From a virus: 64,000 nucleotides of DNA. Position numbers and translations under genes: made by a program. Below the pieces are notes generated by a model that ran no database searches, was not told the origin of the DNA, and saw only the letters and a program-made list of their open reading frames with translations. The stretch spans positions 1-64,000 of IMG/VR virus record IMGVR_UViG_3300010885_049871. One strand, 5' to 3'. Below, one piece after another: positions 29,801-36,573 of this stretch. How positions within the stretch are numbered: the stretch's first letter is position 1; the number at the start of each line of letters is the position of its first letter.

Positions 29801-32243
29801 TGACCCAGACCAGTGGGTGATTGTCAATCCTGGACTGTTAAGTGGTGTCGACCGTACAATGGGTTTTTATACTCCCACAGCAAACGAGCCCGGGTTGAGT
29901 TTACCATTGTTGATTGACGGAGTTGAATATCCCGGTGTACAAATGTTTGGTGTAGGGTACGATCAATATCCTGGCTTTGATATCAACCCATTTGATACTA
30001 CCCCATTTGACAATTTAACATACGGTCCAGAAGGCAGGCCCACATACGATCAGACCATATTGGATGCCATCTATGCAAGCCCATATAACGATCCTTATTT
30101 GGGAACATTGGCCACCAGTATCAACGCTGATGGCGGCGCCTATATTGATACCTATTCAAGTTATGCTCCGGAAGAATTGGTTCCAGGTAGCGAGTTTGAC
30201 ACACTGGATCTTAGAGTGTATACAACGCCGGGCGCTGATTGGGCCCGCGACGGGCATGGGTTCCGTATTGAAGTTAAAAAATACAATGTTGCAGCAATGC
30301 CAGAGACATTTGCGTTTGCCGGAGTAGATCCAGTTCCTGCCACATTGCTTGTGGAGAATCAAACTACAGGATTGTTGCTACATCCTGTAACAGATTACAC
30401 AGTCAATTGGGCTGCTCAGACCGTTACTGTGATCAATAATGTTGTAGCCGGCGATGTTGTAGTAATTTCATTATTTGAAATAGGTGGCGGCAACCAGATA
30501 CTCAAGCGTCCCTACAACGGCGACGAAGTTGGAAATTCGTTGTTGGTTCCGGTTCAGTATTCATTAATCAACGAGTTTGTTATATTTGTCAACGGCAGTT
30601 TGATCAACAACTATACCTATGTACAAGAGGGAACAAATACTAGACTAGTGTTTGCCAACACTTATACATCCGCTGATTACTTGATGATTGCCGCCATTGG
30701 CCCAACTACAGTCAACGACACTGAAATAAATTACAGTTGGTCGGTTCCGGTTACTCAGTACACTGTAGGTGTAGCTGATCAATACCTGTATACACTGACC
30801 AACAGTATGGAATACACCAATCCAGACAATGTGTACGTCACCATTGATGGCCGACGAGTAAGAACATCTGCAGGCGCACAATACTATGCGGATGGCACTA
30901 GTGAATACCTGTTGCCTCAACGTCTGGGATTTGATCAAAGCATAATTGCTGACAACCAAGTTCGTGTTTATGTGGACAATATTCCTCAAATTCTCAACAT
31001 AGATTTTATTGTTGAACCATATGATCCTAATACTCCAAGAGCAGTGATATTTGATGTTACTCCAACCAATGGTGAGCAAATTTTAATCTGTGTAACCACT
31101 GACGCACAAGCTGTGGTCACTGGCAATCAAATACTGTTTAATCAATACGGAGGCTTTGTTCCTACAGATGGTCAAATTATTGCTGTAACAAGCTGGAATG
31201 ATACTCGTCAACAGGACATATTGACACAGGTATATGTTGGCCCTGGTCCAAGAGTTACCCCAGATGCAACTGAACCATTTGACAGTACAGACTTTGACGT
31301 TGGAACAGTAATCGGCGAACCAGGATCATTTGATTACGGGCCACCGCAGCAGGTGTCGTTGAATAATCTATTCTTGGAACATTTGAACGCAGACCCCGAT
31401 CGGTTATTTGTTACCTTAAATGGTACTTTACTATTCAACAATGTTGACTATACACTTGTGAATGATGAAATTGTGTTGCCCGGCGGGTATATTTTGTCTC
31501 CAACTGATGTAGTAATGATCACACAGTTTACTAGCAGCATTGCTCCACTAGCAATGGCATTCCGCATATTCCAAGACATGCGTGGCGTGCAAGCTACCTA
31601 CCGAATTACCGCAGCAACTACAACATATTTAACACAAGCATTGAGTGCTGTTGCTGATACAATTTATGTGTACAATGCAGCCGCGCTGGATGAACCAAAT
31701 CTAGCCAACAATATCTGGGGGCTGTTGACCATCAACGGCGAAAGAATTATGTACCGTAATCGTGATCTTACTACTAATACAATCAGTGGATTACGACGCG
31801 GCACAGCCGGAACTGGTGCAGCTGATCATGCTATCAACGCAGATGTTTACAACATTGGCCGTGGCAATTTATTACAACCAGAATATCAAAATTATATTGT
31901 TTCTAATATAACTTACCCATTGTTGTCGGGAGTAAACATTGGTGATGGAGTTACCACATCATTTGTTGCTGCACTGATAGATGTGTCAGGTGCTGACAGC
32001 ACTGTGGACAATGAAGCAGTTGAAGTTTATATAGGCGGAACATTGCAATCGGGCGGATACACAATTACCAATGAAAACCCTGTCACTGTGTTGTTTGATA
32101 CAGCACCAGCAGATGGATCAGAAGTTACAATATTAGTACGACGCGGAGTAACATGGTATGCGCCCGGTATTGATACCCCAAGCGATGGTGTGGCATTGCA
32201 AGATACCAACACTGTGGCCGCAAGGTTTTTACGGGGCGAATAA
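17808..32243 (+). CDS. Giant 4811-aa virion structural protein (gp7-like wedge / tail-associated)
   Basis: Single uninterrupted ORF after gp6 (TAATG coupling); gp7-like segments (FLPEIFQT, IDFDKFVNFSQYYW, YIQEVKPYHTQIR); FG-GAP-like repeats (FGTSVAIS..IGAP); GG.GYT.AP Ig-like repeat; duplicated NP..TLVRG..Y.FN. Confidence 0.75.
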   Translation: MAKVRTVDFLPEIFQTSTNKQFLAATLDQLVQEPQFKKTQGFVGRRVGPGVNSDNRYVVEPTAARTNYQLEPGVIMLKPDSDTVEDAITYPGISDALATQGSFINNSDRLYTSEYYTWNPQIDFDKFVNFSQYYWLPSGPDNVDVGATAVPLMADYTVTRENGVYTFSNYSTNNPAITLVRGGNYTFNVAQNQKESVNFRVTSSGISAYVIDYVPNPALTLVRGNTYVFNLNLDTASPFWIKTSPTQGTGNQYNTGVSRNGSQTGNITFTVPQDAPDNLYYASETQFNMQGTFTIVDGTPGTGPGFWIQMTPGVSGTLPWAPNISSRDVLGVFNNGEDLGTVQFNVPLATAQSFYYTLPSIGSVDLITTLTFEQINNQFLVEFFAQNPTGIDGITNLNGRTVAFVNNADADQGGWEITSQFDPLPNVGNVQSGAGSFDSILFAQATPLTQAQRYSIWQIEYITTTGGQQYMQLNRILPVENLEKFNVLFGTQYSSTEWYKSADGIFEQIPLLTAIKDVLYYQDGTDPEIFGQIRLINQDQTSTIFIEDIIGQPSYTSPNGVIFTNGLKVQFRGTTFPAGYENQEYYVEGVGTAIKLLPVVNFVTPETYTQSASIPFDSVGYDIGNYDATDNAPLIPDYLTINRASPDINAWSRSNRWFHVDVINASAAYNNTTAVLNNNFRAKRPVIEFIAGTKLFDFGTEGKQPVNIVDFNSTDAFSNINGTIGYSTDGYTFINGSRVIFANDSNLQVRNKIYEVTFIAPDTVNPLINQPIINLVPAADSVVLVNQAVVALNGLTQQGLSYYFDGVDWLLAQEKTATNQAPLFDVFDSAGVSFSNQTTYPSSTFVGSKLFSYAVGDGTVDPVLEFPVRYLSLANIGDIVFDNNLYTDTFNYVTGTTGVVGDVSDGFVYQYSDRVLYARKIGWDVAVTPSQIRQQFQFTYNGTPLQLDIVVPVNTTVPAVMLYVANEFVLPQDYTVTINANTTIITLDKIYVPGSVIEVQVLSNQISNTGFYEVPINLENNPLNANSDVFTLGTVRTHYESIAENLINFVGKINGSNNTRDLGNIGRYGTTILQQSSPMTLAGFFMREPEYNIFKSLEFNDREYNKFKNRMLAASIQSEWGAFTTSQILDSIITDLSLGKTNINSFFYSDMIPHGSVYAEVVHTVTPITTGIFDTVQTYTFTSANFLGLLVYLNGNLLTLNYDYTVATDGPRIDVNVPLAVGDQVTVREYATTTGSFVPNTPTKLGLYAAYKPQMYLDTNYVNPTMVIRGHDGSVTVAFGDLRDDILLEFERRIFNNLKTQDNPVPLVAEDVIPGYFRTTDYTAAEITTILGESFLTWCGQNKIDYKTQQYINTNEFTYNYSQAGDKQFNQPLLGAWRGIYRDFYDTLSPSTTPWEMLGFSQQPVWWTNRYGPVPYTGDNLVLWDDIQAGYVADPVAPYIIPKYKRPNLSTFFIPTGSEGALLSPLNSVVGVYDPNSFRKSWVVGDGGPAEASWWMSSSYPFAVMRLLALTRPAEFFSLFADRDLYKYDADLEQYLYNGRYRLDANGVQVYGGHVNTANGTVTPVSKASYINWIVDYNQQLGINSTDALEHALASLDVRLCWRTASFTDKQYLKVYTERSSPDSQNSSLLLPDESYNLLLYKNVPFSSIAYSAVIVQAVATGYAVLGYSTVDPYFNILASRAAGQLQTVSAGGSTVRVPKQYSTDIVQVPYGFVFTNQSSLVDFLLSYGKYLTGQGLIFGEDRENGYPLDWQQMAREFLYWANQGWGVNSLINLNPAAIRLVAERPGAVVDNVMMQNIENIMLDQNRQPFDARNLIIERLENRFSVTSGSTGQAISYANLRYTSYENLVILDNVSIFADLIYNPTTAARQNRVNVVAITTTEWDGTLNAQGFVLNQNNVQDWTPNRRYAKGEIVNYKNTYWSAQIIVQPKREFAHADWVKSDYTKIQKGLLPNLANKADQLANSYNTQTANLERDNDLLSYGLIGFQPREYMVALNLDDTSQVNLYKQFIGTKGTVLSAEIFTGANLGKEVADYQIYENWAVLRGTYGANANRSFFELQLNETLLQSDPATVQIIQVGESSVANQTVFLSDVWRESYKLPSTDILPTTTTTVTDTALPSAGYVNINDVDITVFSLDDPSAIAADLDNIGNGTRIWVAKTNSFDWNVYRATQTPGRITRVSDNLNGTSLVTFTAIHNLNRGDILIVRFFNESFNGVYRVLTAPTPTTLTVAYAFTGNQIVATGNGLAFYLDTMRVAQASDVGSLSYANDLVPGALAWVDDNGAQLWEVLEKQDVFIDNYSLVQNLPIENTAYGTSVAQAYDNFAALVGAPNYYNDTTNTVTGVIYPYVRGADALYADDNLLYLTAPDTLGFGNDIAFGNQTWAVAGASLSAGGVGYASIINRNPSDSRFTQPQLLVAPDYITSAGSFGTSVAISNDERLVYIGAPAENAVYAYGQVDVTAQSVTYVADGINQQYQYSSAIKIDYTNPNQLVVVVNNTAQSEGVDYVLSNTAVLFENPPAAGLLIVIARRQSVQLDYQVYYGVMQDSTSGPGSEAVFTVVRDRGDYTVTLTAPGLNYIVGNTLTIDAAFIGGGSSPANDLVITIVTVVAGGILTFTAAGSGIDNTDSFDLSEYLYTANDIDSFLLEVNGSAQRPYIDYTFAGTTVTFTPAAVPGPDAVIFASARTYFKYIDKIDGPAGSVNFGHSVASATDGRQVVIGAPNTVVASLESGSTYVYDRSVLRYQISQGETSTTTFALPTGWQAPVSVLINNAFLTNAEFVVTGGFNVVGNDVVLTNSVTLAVGDIVEIESNIFNTVQQIVTTSDWDSLNQTADNVPIYEAQFGWDVDLCPNNCSIYIGAPQNTNNDSGSVQRNVNQARVYGIISSPISNPVLTAGDTIRVNNYQIAVPAAPNNTVAGLAAAVNSANNGIGIPNATATVSDDLYFVANGIIKTFDIGVTYSQYDSYTTVVYLDTALQTVNVDYTYNNTKGIVTFINAPADKTVIRVVSGILTISVINSAAATSGAKLNVLPGLTGSAFADIGFVNYPYTQIITSPNPSQFARFGSSLTIDSTASTLVVGAPNGNMYKPVTFDSDTTYFDDRSTIFSTTIVQSGVAYTFDYLPSSTDSVNNPGKFVFGQQLYNDTTKELDSYGTGLSYISGKLLVGAPGNDLEDSQFANFGQVVVFDNPNRTPAWTVKHLQTPVVDIALLNSVYMYDKLESQVTSYLDFFDPLQGKILGVARENIDYIGAVDPANYNNGPIRNIGNPWAAARVGQIWWDTNSVRFIDPNQDDIVYASRRWGQTFPGSRIDIYQWVESEVQPANYTGPGTPLSFLSYTTRAELNSENIFATRYYFWVRNISTVNTVAGKKLSTTALANYIQFPRASGIAYLAPLNASTVAIYNVLDLISAQDTILHVEYDRLVNDDNVHQEYELIAADRADSFLSGNLYLKLQDSFSGINMMGASVPDAGLSPAMRYGVEFRPRQSMFADRFGALQNYLGRANAVLAQYPVTETKSFTLLNSREPEPADNSGAWNKRVANLLELSYQNLILVPIGYRYLVASDTDNSGFWTIYEVVAGTTPGSKQLTLIRVQNYDTRRYWNRIDWYLPGYNKTVNPTTSVPNYAGLSGVTLATAPVGASVEVTNAATTGKFEIYQRTDLGWDRVGLEDGTIEFSRSLWDYAAGNFGFDLEVFDAQYFDQEPVIETRKIIQAINEQLFIDELLIERNRALILTFEYVMSEFATPDWLIKTSLIDVNHKIRNLLPYQFYNQDNQDFVLNYIQEVKPYHTQIREFNLSYNGNDAYPGLMTDFDLPAFWDSALTVPQFISPVLLPYTQSTANSNTNFNADTAADSTLWAKNPWDEWYTNYTLNIQAVVITNGGVGYTTAPSITVTGDCVEQAEMTAIINGAGQVSGVTIDNYGSGYTTTAIITFVGGNGTGATAAVTMGNDLIRQITTRIKYDRYEYSSTIVEWQAGVNYDNGTQVRYLNRVWEAAADDSTGIQSNTFDPDQWVIVNPGLLSGVDRTMGFYTPTANEPGLSLPLLIDGVEYPGVQMFGVGYDQYPGFDINPFDTTPFDNLTYGPEGRPTYDQTILDAIYASPYNDPYLGTLATSINADGGAYIDTYSSYAPEELVPGSEFDTLDLRVYTTPGADWARDGHGFRIEVKKYNVAAMPETFAFAGVDPVPATLLVENQTTGLLLHPVTDYTVNWAAQTVTVINNVVAGDVVVISLFEIGGGNQILKRPYNGDEVGNSLLVPVQYSLINEFVIFVNGSLINNYTYVQEGTNTRLVFANTYTSADYLMIAAIGPTTVNDTEINYSWSVPVTQYTVGVADQYLYTLTNSMEYTNPDNVYVTIDGRRVRTSAGAQYYADGTSEYLLPQRLGFDQSIIADNQVRVYVDNIPQILNIDFIVEPYDPNTPRAVIFDVTPTNGEQILICVTTDAQAVVTGNQILFNQYGGFVPTDGQIIAVTSWNDTRQQDILTQVYVGPGPRVTPDATEPFDSTDFDVGTVIGEPGSFDYGPPQQVSLNNLFLEHLNADPDRLFVTLNGTLLFNNVDYTLVNDEIVLPGGYILSPTDVVMITQFTSSIAPLAMAFRIFQDMRGVQATYRITAATTTYLTQALSAVADTIYVYNAAALDEPNLANNIWGLLTINGERIMYRNRDLTTNTISGLRRGTAGTGAADHAINADVYNIGRGNLLQPEYQNYIVSNITYPLLSGVNIGDGVTTSFVAALIDVSGADSTVDNEAVEVYIGGTLQSGGYTITNENPVTVLFDTAPADGSEVTILVRRGVTWYAPGIDTPSDGVALQDTNTVAARFLRGE

Positions 32244-32249
32244 GCAAGG

Positions 32250-32255
32250 TAAATA
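32250..32255 (+). promoter_or_regulatory. Late promoter core TAAATA
   Basis: TAAATA 4 nt upstream of the ATG at 32260. Confidence 0.5.
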
Positions 32256-32259
32256 AAGT

Positions 32260-32397
32260 ATGACTCAAAATGCAATACCTCAACAGCCCGCAGCACCGGC
32301 CAAGAAACCTCAAGAAACAGGGACTATTTCTGTTGAAGGTCATATTCGTATTTTTGATCCAAAAACTAAGGAAGTTATAGTGGAGAAGCGAGCATGA
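32260..32397 (+). CDS. 45-aa micro-protein (MTQNAIPQQPAAPAKKPQETGTISVEGHIRIFDPKTKEVIVEKRA), below the ORF-track cutoff
   Basis: Fills the gap exactly, follows TAAATA, and has an ATGA overlap with the next gene; similar to that gene's N-terminus. Confidence 0.7.
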   Translation: MTQNAIPQQPAAPAKKPQETGTISVEGHIRIFDPKTKEVIVEKRA

Positions 32398-33014
32398 TAA
32401 TTCAGCCAGGTTTAGCTAAAATTGAAGGATTTATTAAAATTCATGATCCTGCCACTGGCGAAGTATTGGTGGACAAAAAGAACGCAATTCATTATGAAAA
32501 TATATCCTATGCAATGGCTCAAACTCTAAGCAACAGAACATCTGCGCAGGGCGGAGGTTGGATATATTTAATGGCGTTTGGTAACGGCGGGTCCAGCGTG
32601 GATCCCACTGGTATTATTACCTATTTACCCCCAAACACAGTTGGTCAAAATGCCAATCTATATAACGAAACTTATGCCAAAGTAGTAGATGATAATTCTG
32701 CTGCCAATACAGACACTGCCAACAACAAAATGACAGTTTTGCATACATCTGGTAAAGTTTACACAGATATTTTAGTGACATGTTTGTTGGATTATGGCGA
32801 GCCTCCTGGTCAACAAGCATTTGACAACAGCACAAATTTCAATGGGGAATATGTGTTTGACGAACTAGGGCTTAAAACATGGAACGGCAGTGCTACAGAT
32901 CTGCGATTGATTACCCATGTGATATTTCACCCGGTACAAAAAAGTTTGAACAGACAGATACAGATTGATTATACAATTCGTATTCAGACGCTAACCAATC
33001 TTAGTGCAGCATAA
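32394..33014 (+). CDS. Putative baseplate / tail-fibre attachment protein
   Basis: MAFGNGG, FDELGL, LITHVIFHPVQKSLNR.IQIDYT.RI; position between the giant protein and fibre genes. Confidence 0.55.
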   Translation: MIIQPGLAKIEGFIKIHDPATGEVLVDKKNAIHYENISYAMAQTLSNRTSAQGGGWIYLMAFGNGGSSVDPTGIITYLPPNTVGQNANLYNETYAKVVDDNSAANTDTANNKMTVLHTSGKVYTDILVTCLLDYGEPPGQQAFDNSTNFNGEYVFDELGLKTWNGSATDLRLITHVIFHPVQKSLNRQIQIDYTIRIQTLTNLSAA

Positions 33015-33017
33015 ATA
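33012..33017 (+). promoter_or_regulatory. Late promoter core TAAATA
   Basis: CATAAATA overlapping the upstream stop, followed by GGAG and the ATG at 33040. Confidence 0.6.
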
Positions 33018-33039
33018 CATTTAACGGAGCAAGCTACAA

Positions 33040-34320
33040 ATGTCATATACAATTAACTTAACAAATGGTACAATATTTGCTACTATTGCAGATGGTACAA
33101 TCAACACAGCCAGTTCAATGGTTCTGGTTGGTAAAAATTACGCGGGTTACGGCGAATTTTTAGATGAAAACTTTATCCACTTGTTGGAAAATGGATCCAA
33201 TACCACTGCACCAGGCGCACCACTAACCGGACAGCTTTGGTGGGACAGTACCAACAGTTTGATGAAAGTCTATAACGGATCAACCTTTAAGACAATTTCT
33301 TCTGCCACAGCGCAATCCACTGCTCCAACCAACAATGTAACAGGCGATCTATGGTATGACACAGTCAACGCTCAGCTTAAAGTTTGGACAGGCGTTGCAT
33401 TTTTGTTGGTTGGCCCAGCGTTTACATCGGGACAAGGCACAACAGGCGCCATCGCCGACACCATCACAGACAATGTATCTGTAAGTCATGTTGTAATTAA
33501 ATTGTATGTTGAAGATGATGTGGTTGGCATTGTCAGCAAAGACGCTGCGTTTACTCCGCAAGCAGCCATCAGTGGATTCACCACAGTGCGTCCTGGCATT
33601 ACACTGAGCACATTGATAGGCACACAAGTTCCATTGTTCCAAGGAACTGCATCAGTTGCTCAAACACTTGAAGGATACGACCCAACTGATTTCTTACTGA
33701 AGAATGTGGCAGAAACCACAACCGGCACATTTGCTGTGTTGAACAATACTGGATTATCAGTTGGTGCCAATCAGGATTTCCGTGTTGGCGTGACCGGTAC
33801 AGCAGCAACAATTTACAATCAAACCAGCAATGGCAACATAACATTCAATGTGAACAAAGCAGGTGTACCAACCACAGTCATGACAATCAATGGCGCTACC
33901 GGCGGCATCAGTGGTACAAATATCAGTGCTCAGTATGCTGACGTTGCAGAGCGATTTGAAGCAGATGCTGTACTTGAAGCAGGTACTGTGGTTGAACTCG
34001 GCGGCACTAATGAAATTACCATAGTCACTGACGAACTAAGCGAAAATGTGTTTGGTGTCATAAGTACTCGAGCAGCTTATTTAATGAATAGTCTTGCTGG
34101 ATCTGACACAACTCACCCTGCTGTCGCAATGACAGGCCGTGTCCCAGTTAACACTGTTGGATTGGTACGCAAAGGCGACAGACTCGTATCAGCCGGCAAC
34201 GGCGTTGCAAGAGCAGCACAGGTAGGCGAAGCCACAGCATTTAATGTTATCGGGCGTTCGTTGAATGATAAATTAACAACAGAGCTCGGCACGGTCGAAG
34301 CAATTGTTAAAATTAATTAA
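33040..34320 (+). CDS. Tail fibre-like protein with C-terminal intramolecular-chaperone/autocleavage (peptidase G2-like) domain
   Basis: N-terminal LVGKNYAGYGE...ENF.HLLEN...P..GQLWWD; C-terminal QYADVAERF...GTVV.LGG...VAM.GRVPV...V.KGD.LVS...G.A. Confidence 0.7.
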   Translation: MSYTINLTNGTIFATIADGTINTASSMVLVGKNYAGYGEFLDENFIHLLENGSNTTAPGAPLTGQLWWDSTNSLMKVYNGSTFKTISSATAQSTAPTNNVTGDLWYDTVNAQLKVWTGVAFLLVGPAFTSGQGTTGAIADTITDNVSVSHVVIKLYVEDDVVGIVSKDAAFTPQAAISGFTTVRPGITLSTLIGTQVPLFQGTASVAQTLEGYDPTDFLLKNVAETTTGTFAVLNNTGLSVGANQDFRVGVTGTAATIYNQTSNGNITFNVNKAGVPTTVMTINGATGGISGTNISAQYADVAERFEADAVLEAGTVVELGGTNEITIVTDELSENVFGVISTRAAYLMNSLAGSDTTHPAVAMTGRVPVNTVGLVRKGDRLVSAGNGVARAAQVGEATAFNVIGRSLNDKLTTELGTVEAIVKIN

Positions 34321-34397
34321 TTAAATGAAACAGGTTAATATCACCCAGCAACCAAAAGTTGCGTTGAAATTGATCAACTAATACAAAGGGAAACACA

Positions 34398-35390
34398 ATG
34401 ACTTATTCAGTAGGAAATACCATAGTAGCAACAGACTACAATGGGTTTGTTAGTACTAACGCCGCAAATGTAAATGGAATCTGGTCAACCGGCGCCACAT
34501 CATTTGGCTACGGAGAAACAGCATTGACTACAGTGTCTGCTGCTGCAACCATCACAGCCACACAATGGAGTACGCTGAACAGTAAAATTAGTTCAATGGC
34601 CAGCCATCAAGGTACAACCATCACCAGCAGAGCCAATCCCACTGCTGGCACCACCATTGCAATTTTAGCAAATTTAGGCACAGACGTCACCAACCTTACC
34701 ACCAACCGTGGTAACGCAGTGGCCAGCGGTGCTCAAACTGTTGCATTTACTGGCACATCAAGCAAAACAACCAGCACTGGCAGCGGCGATGCTGCGTGGT
34801 CGATTACATTTACTCACACCATAACCTGGGCCAGTGCTGATGCTGCAAGATATTTTTTCAACGCTGGTGGCCGCATCAAATGGGAATGCAACAAATCCTC
34901 AACTGGACAAGACGGCGATGCAGAGTGGAACGATTTGGCCAGCACTTTGGTCGGCGACATTTACATCACTGGCGGAACGGACACACAAACTATTGCAGCC
35001 GTTCCATACACTGGTACAACCAAAGTGGGCGGAACTGGCACACCGGGCACATTGGCAACCACGGTGGGGTGGTATGATTTTACAACCAGCGATCAACTTA
35101 TCTATCGTCAATACGCTGATACTGTACCGTACACTGGTCAGAGCATTGCCATCAACGCCAAAACAGCAGGCAGCGGCACACAGTTGGTATTGACTACACT
35201 ATGGGATGATCCGGGCGGCGATGCAGCCCCGGGCGGTACTAACATTATCTCGGGTGGTACTGCTACCAGTTCACCATTCAGTTCATTTGGTACTGCACCT
35301 GCCACAATAGTTACACTATTTTTACCGAGTGCCACTTACCTGACCAGTGCAGCGTGGGGCACACCAAGTATTGCTGCTACAGTTGCTTAA
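34398..35390 (+). CDS. Thr/Gly/Ala-rich virion structural protein
   Basis: MTYSVG..I.A.DYN, GYG, ARYFFNAGG.I motifs; last gene before the terminator of the structural module. Confidence 0.6.
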   Translation: MTYSVGNTIVATDYNGFVSTNAANVNGIWSTGATSFGYGETALTTVSAAATITATQWSTLNSKISSMASHQGTTITSRANPTAGTTIAILANLGTDVTNLTTNRGNAVASGAQTVAFTGTSSKTTSTGSGDAAWSITFTHTITWASADAARYFFNAGGRIKWECNKSSTGQDGDAEWNDLASTLVGDIYITGGTDTQTIAAVPYTGTTKVGGTGTPGTLATTVGWYDFTTSDQLIYRQYADTVPYTGQSIAINAKTAGSGTQLVLTTLWDDPGGDAAPGGTNIISGGTATSSPFSSFGTAPATIVTLFLPSATYLTSAAWGTPSIAATVA

Positions 35391-35414
35391 TTGAACTGCA
35401 ACAGTTTTTTACCA

Positions 35415-35440
35415 AAAGGGCCTTCGGGCCCTTTACTTTT
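35415..35440 (+). terminator. Rho-independent terminator
   Basis: AAAGGGCC-TTCG-GGCCCTTT stem with cUUCGg tetraloop followed by ACTTTT. Confidence 0.85.
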
Positions 35441-35460
35441 GTCTGTGTATGCTGTATAAT
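35432..35460 (+). promoter_or_regulatory. Sigma70-type promoter at the head of the tailoring-enzyme operon
   Basis: TTTACT-N17-TATAAT; ATG 7 nt downstream with no SD. Confidence 0.55.
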
Positions 35461-35467
35461 AATCTAC

Positions 35468-35776
35468 ATGAATACTGAACAATTAATTGAAACTGGCCGT
35501 GCTCGGTTTGAGCATACAGCAGCACGCCGTCTGCTCAAAGAAAAATATCAAGCCAAGATGTTGTTTGCCTACAATGGCGGCATGTGGTGTGCTGGCCCTG
35601 AACTGTTGACACTGTTGCAAGCAATCCCGGTAGAAGATGCAGTGATAATTTTGGACCTGTATGAAACACCAGTTCAGGTCAACCCAACAGAGCTACAGTA
35701 TCTAGCATTAGAACGCTGGCAAGAACAAATGACAGCATGGCTGGCGGAATACGAAGAAATTAGCAAAAAACGATGA
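35468..35776 (+). CDS. Hypothetical protein (102 aa)
   Basis: ATG at 35468 after promoter and terminator; ATGA overlap with the next gene. Confidence 0.7.
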   Translation: MNTEQLIETGRARFEHTAARRLLKEKYQAKMLFAYNGGMWCAGPELLTLLQAIPVEDAVIILDLYETPVQVNPTELQYLALERWQEQMTAWLAEYEEISKKR

Positions 35777-36573
35777 CCACTGGTGCATTGATATTTGCGT
35801 TCAATAACGAACATACAGACTATGTTGCCATGGCCAATTGGTCAGCCCGCAACATACATCGACATTTGAATATTCCCGTTTGTCTAGTCACTGATCAGGA
35901 GCCAGTTCAACCGCATTCATTTGATAAAGTAGTAATTGCCACCGCAGTCAACGCAGGAACAAGATATTTTTTAGATTACAATTCAACTGTGACTTGGCAC
36001 AACACCAATCGTATGGATGCCTACCGGCTGAGTCCGTGGGATCAAACATTGGTGTTGGATGCTGATTATGTTGTGGCCAGTGATCAACTCACCACAGTAT
36101 TACAAAGCCGTCAAGAATTTTTATGCTATAGATGGGCCTCTGATGCAACAGGTGTTAGAACATTTGATGATTTAAATTACTTTGGCAGTCATCGTATGCC
36201 CATGTGGTGGGCCACTGTTATGATGTTTACACGCAGTAGGTCGGTTGAATTGTTGTTTGATTCAATGCAGATGATTCGGGACAATTGGACACACTATAGA
36301 AACTTGTATAAAAATAACACAAGCACCTACAGAAACGACCACGCACTGAGCATTGCGTTAAATACTCTAAGCGGGCACACATTACAGGTCAACTCAATCC
36401 CAGGTTCACTGGTCAGCGTCATTCCAGAACACCAATTGACACAATTGTCACCAGACACATACAGAATAGATTTTACAACCGCTGACAAAAAAGCACGATG
36501 GGTTACTATTGGTCAAGATTTTCATGCCATGGGCAAACAACAACTAGGAGCAATAGTTGAAAATCCTTGCTGA
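35773..36573 (+). CDS. Putative GT-A glycosyltransferase (nucleotide-diphospho-sugar transferase)
   Basis: IPVCLVTD, SPWDQTLVLDADY (DxD), RND.A, C-terminal HAMGK. Confidence 0.6.
   Translation: MTTGALIFAFNNEHTDYVAMANWSARNIHRHLNIPVCLVTDQEPVQPHSFDKVVIATAVNAGTRYFLDYNSTVTWHNTNRMDAYRLSPWDQTLVLDADYVVASDQLTTVLQSRQEFLCYRWASDATGVRTFDDLNYFGSHRMPMWWATVMMFTRSRSVELLFDSMQMIRDNWTHYRNLYKNNTSTYRNDHALSIALNTLSGHTLQVNSIPGSLVSVIPEHQLTQLSPDTYRIDFTTADKKARWVTIGQDFHAMGKQQLGAIVENPC

Noticed and set aside
17808-32243. Intein or stop-codon recoding as the cause of the giant ORF
   Set aside because: No intein or LAGLIDADG motifs noticed; TAA, TAG and TGA all terminate genes normally in this window.
34347-34362. Small hairpin GCAAC-N5-GTTGC between fibre genes
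   Set aside because: Only 5 bp with no U-tract; too weak to call.
35354-35467. N-terminal extension of ORF 35354-35776 in the track
   Set aside because: It runs through the previous gene end, terminator and promoter; ATG at 35468 is more plausible.
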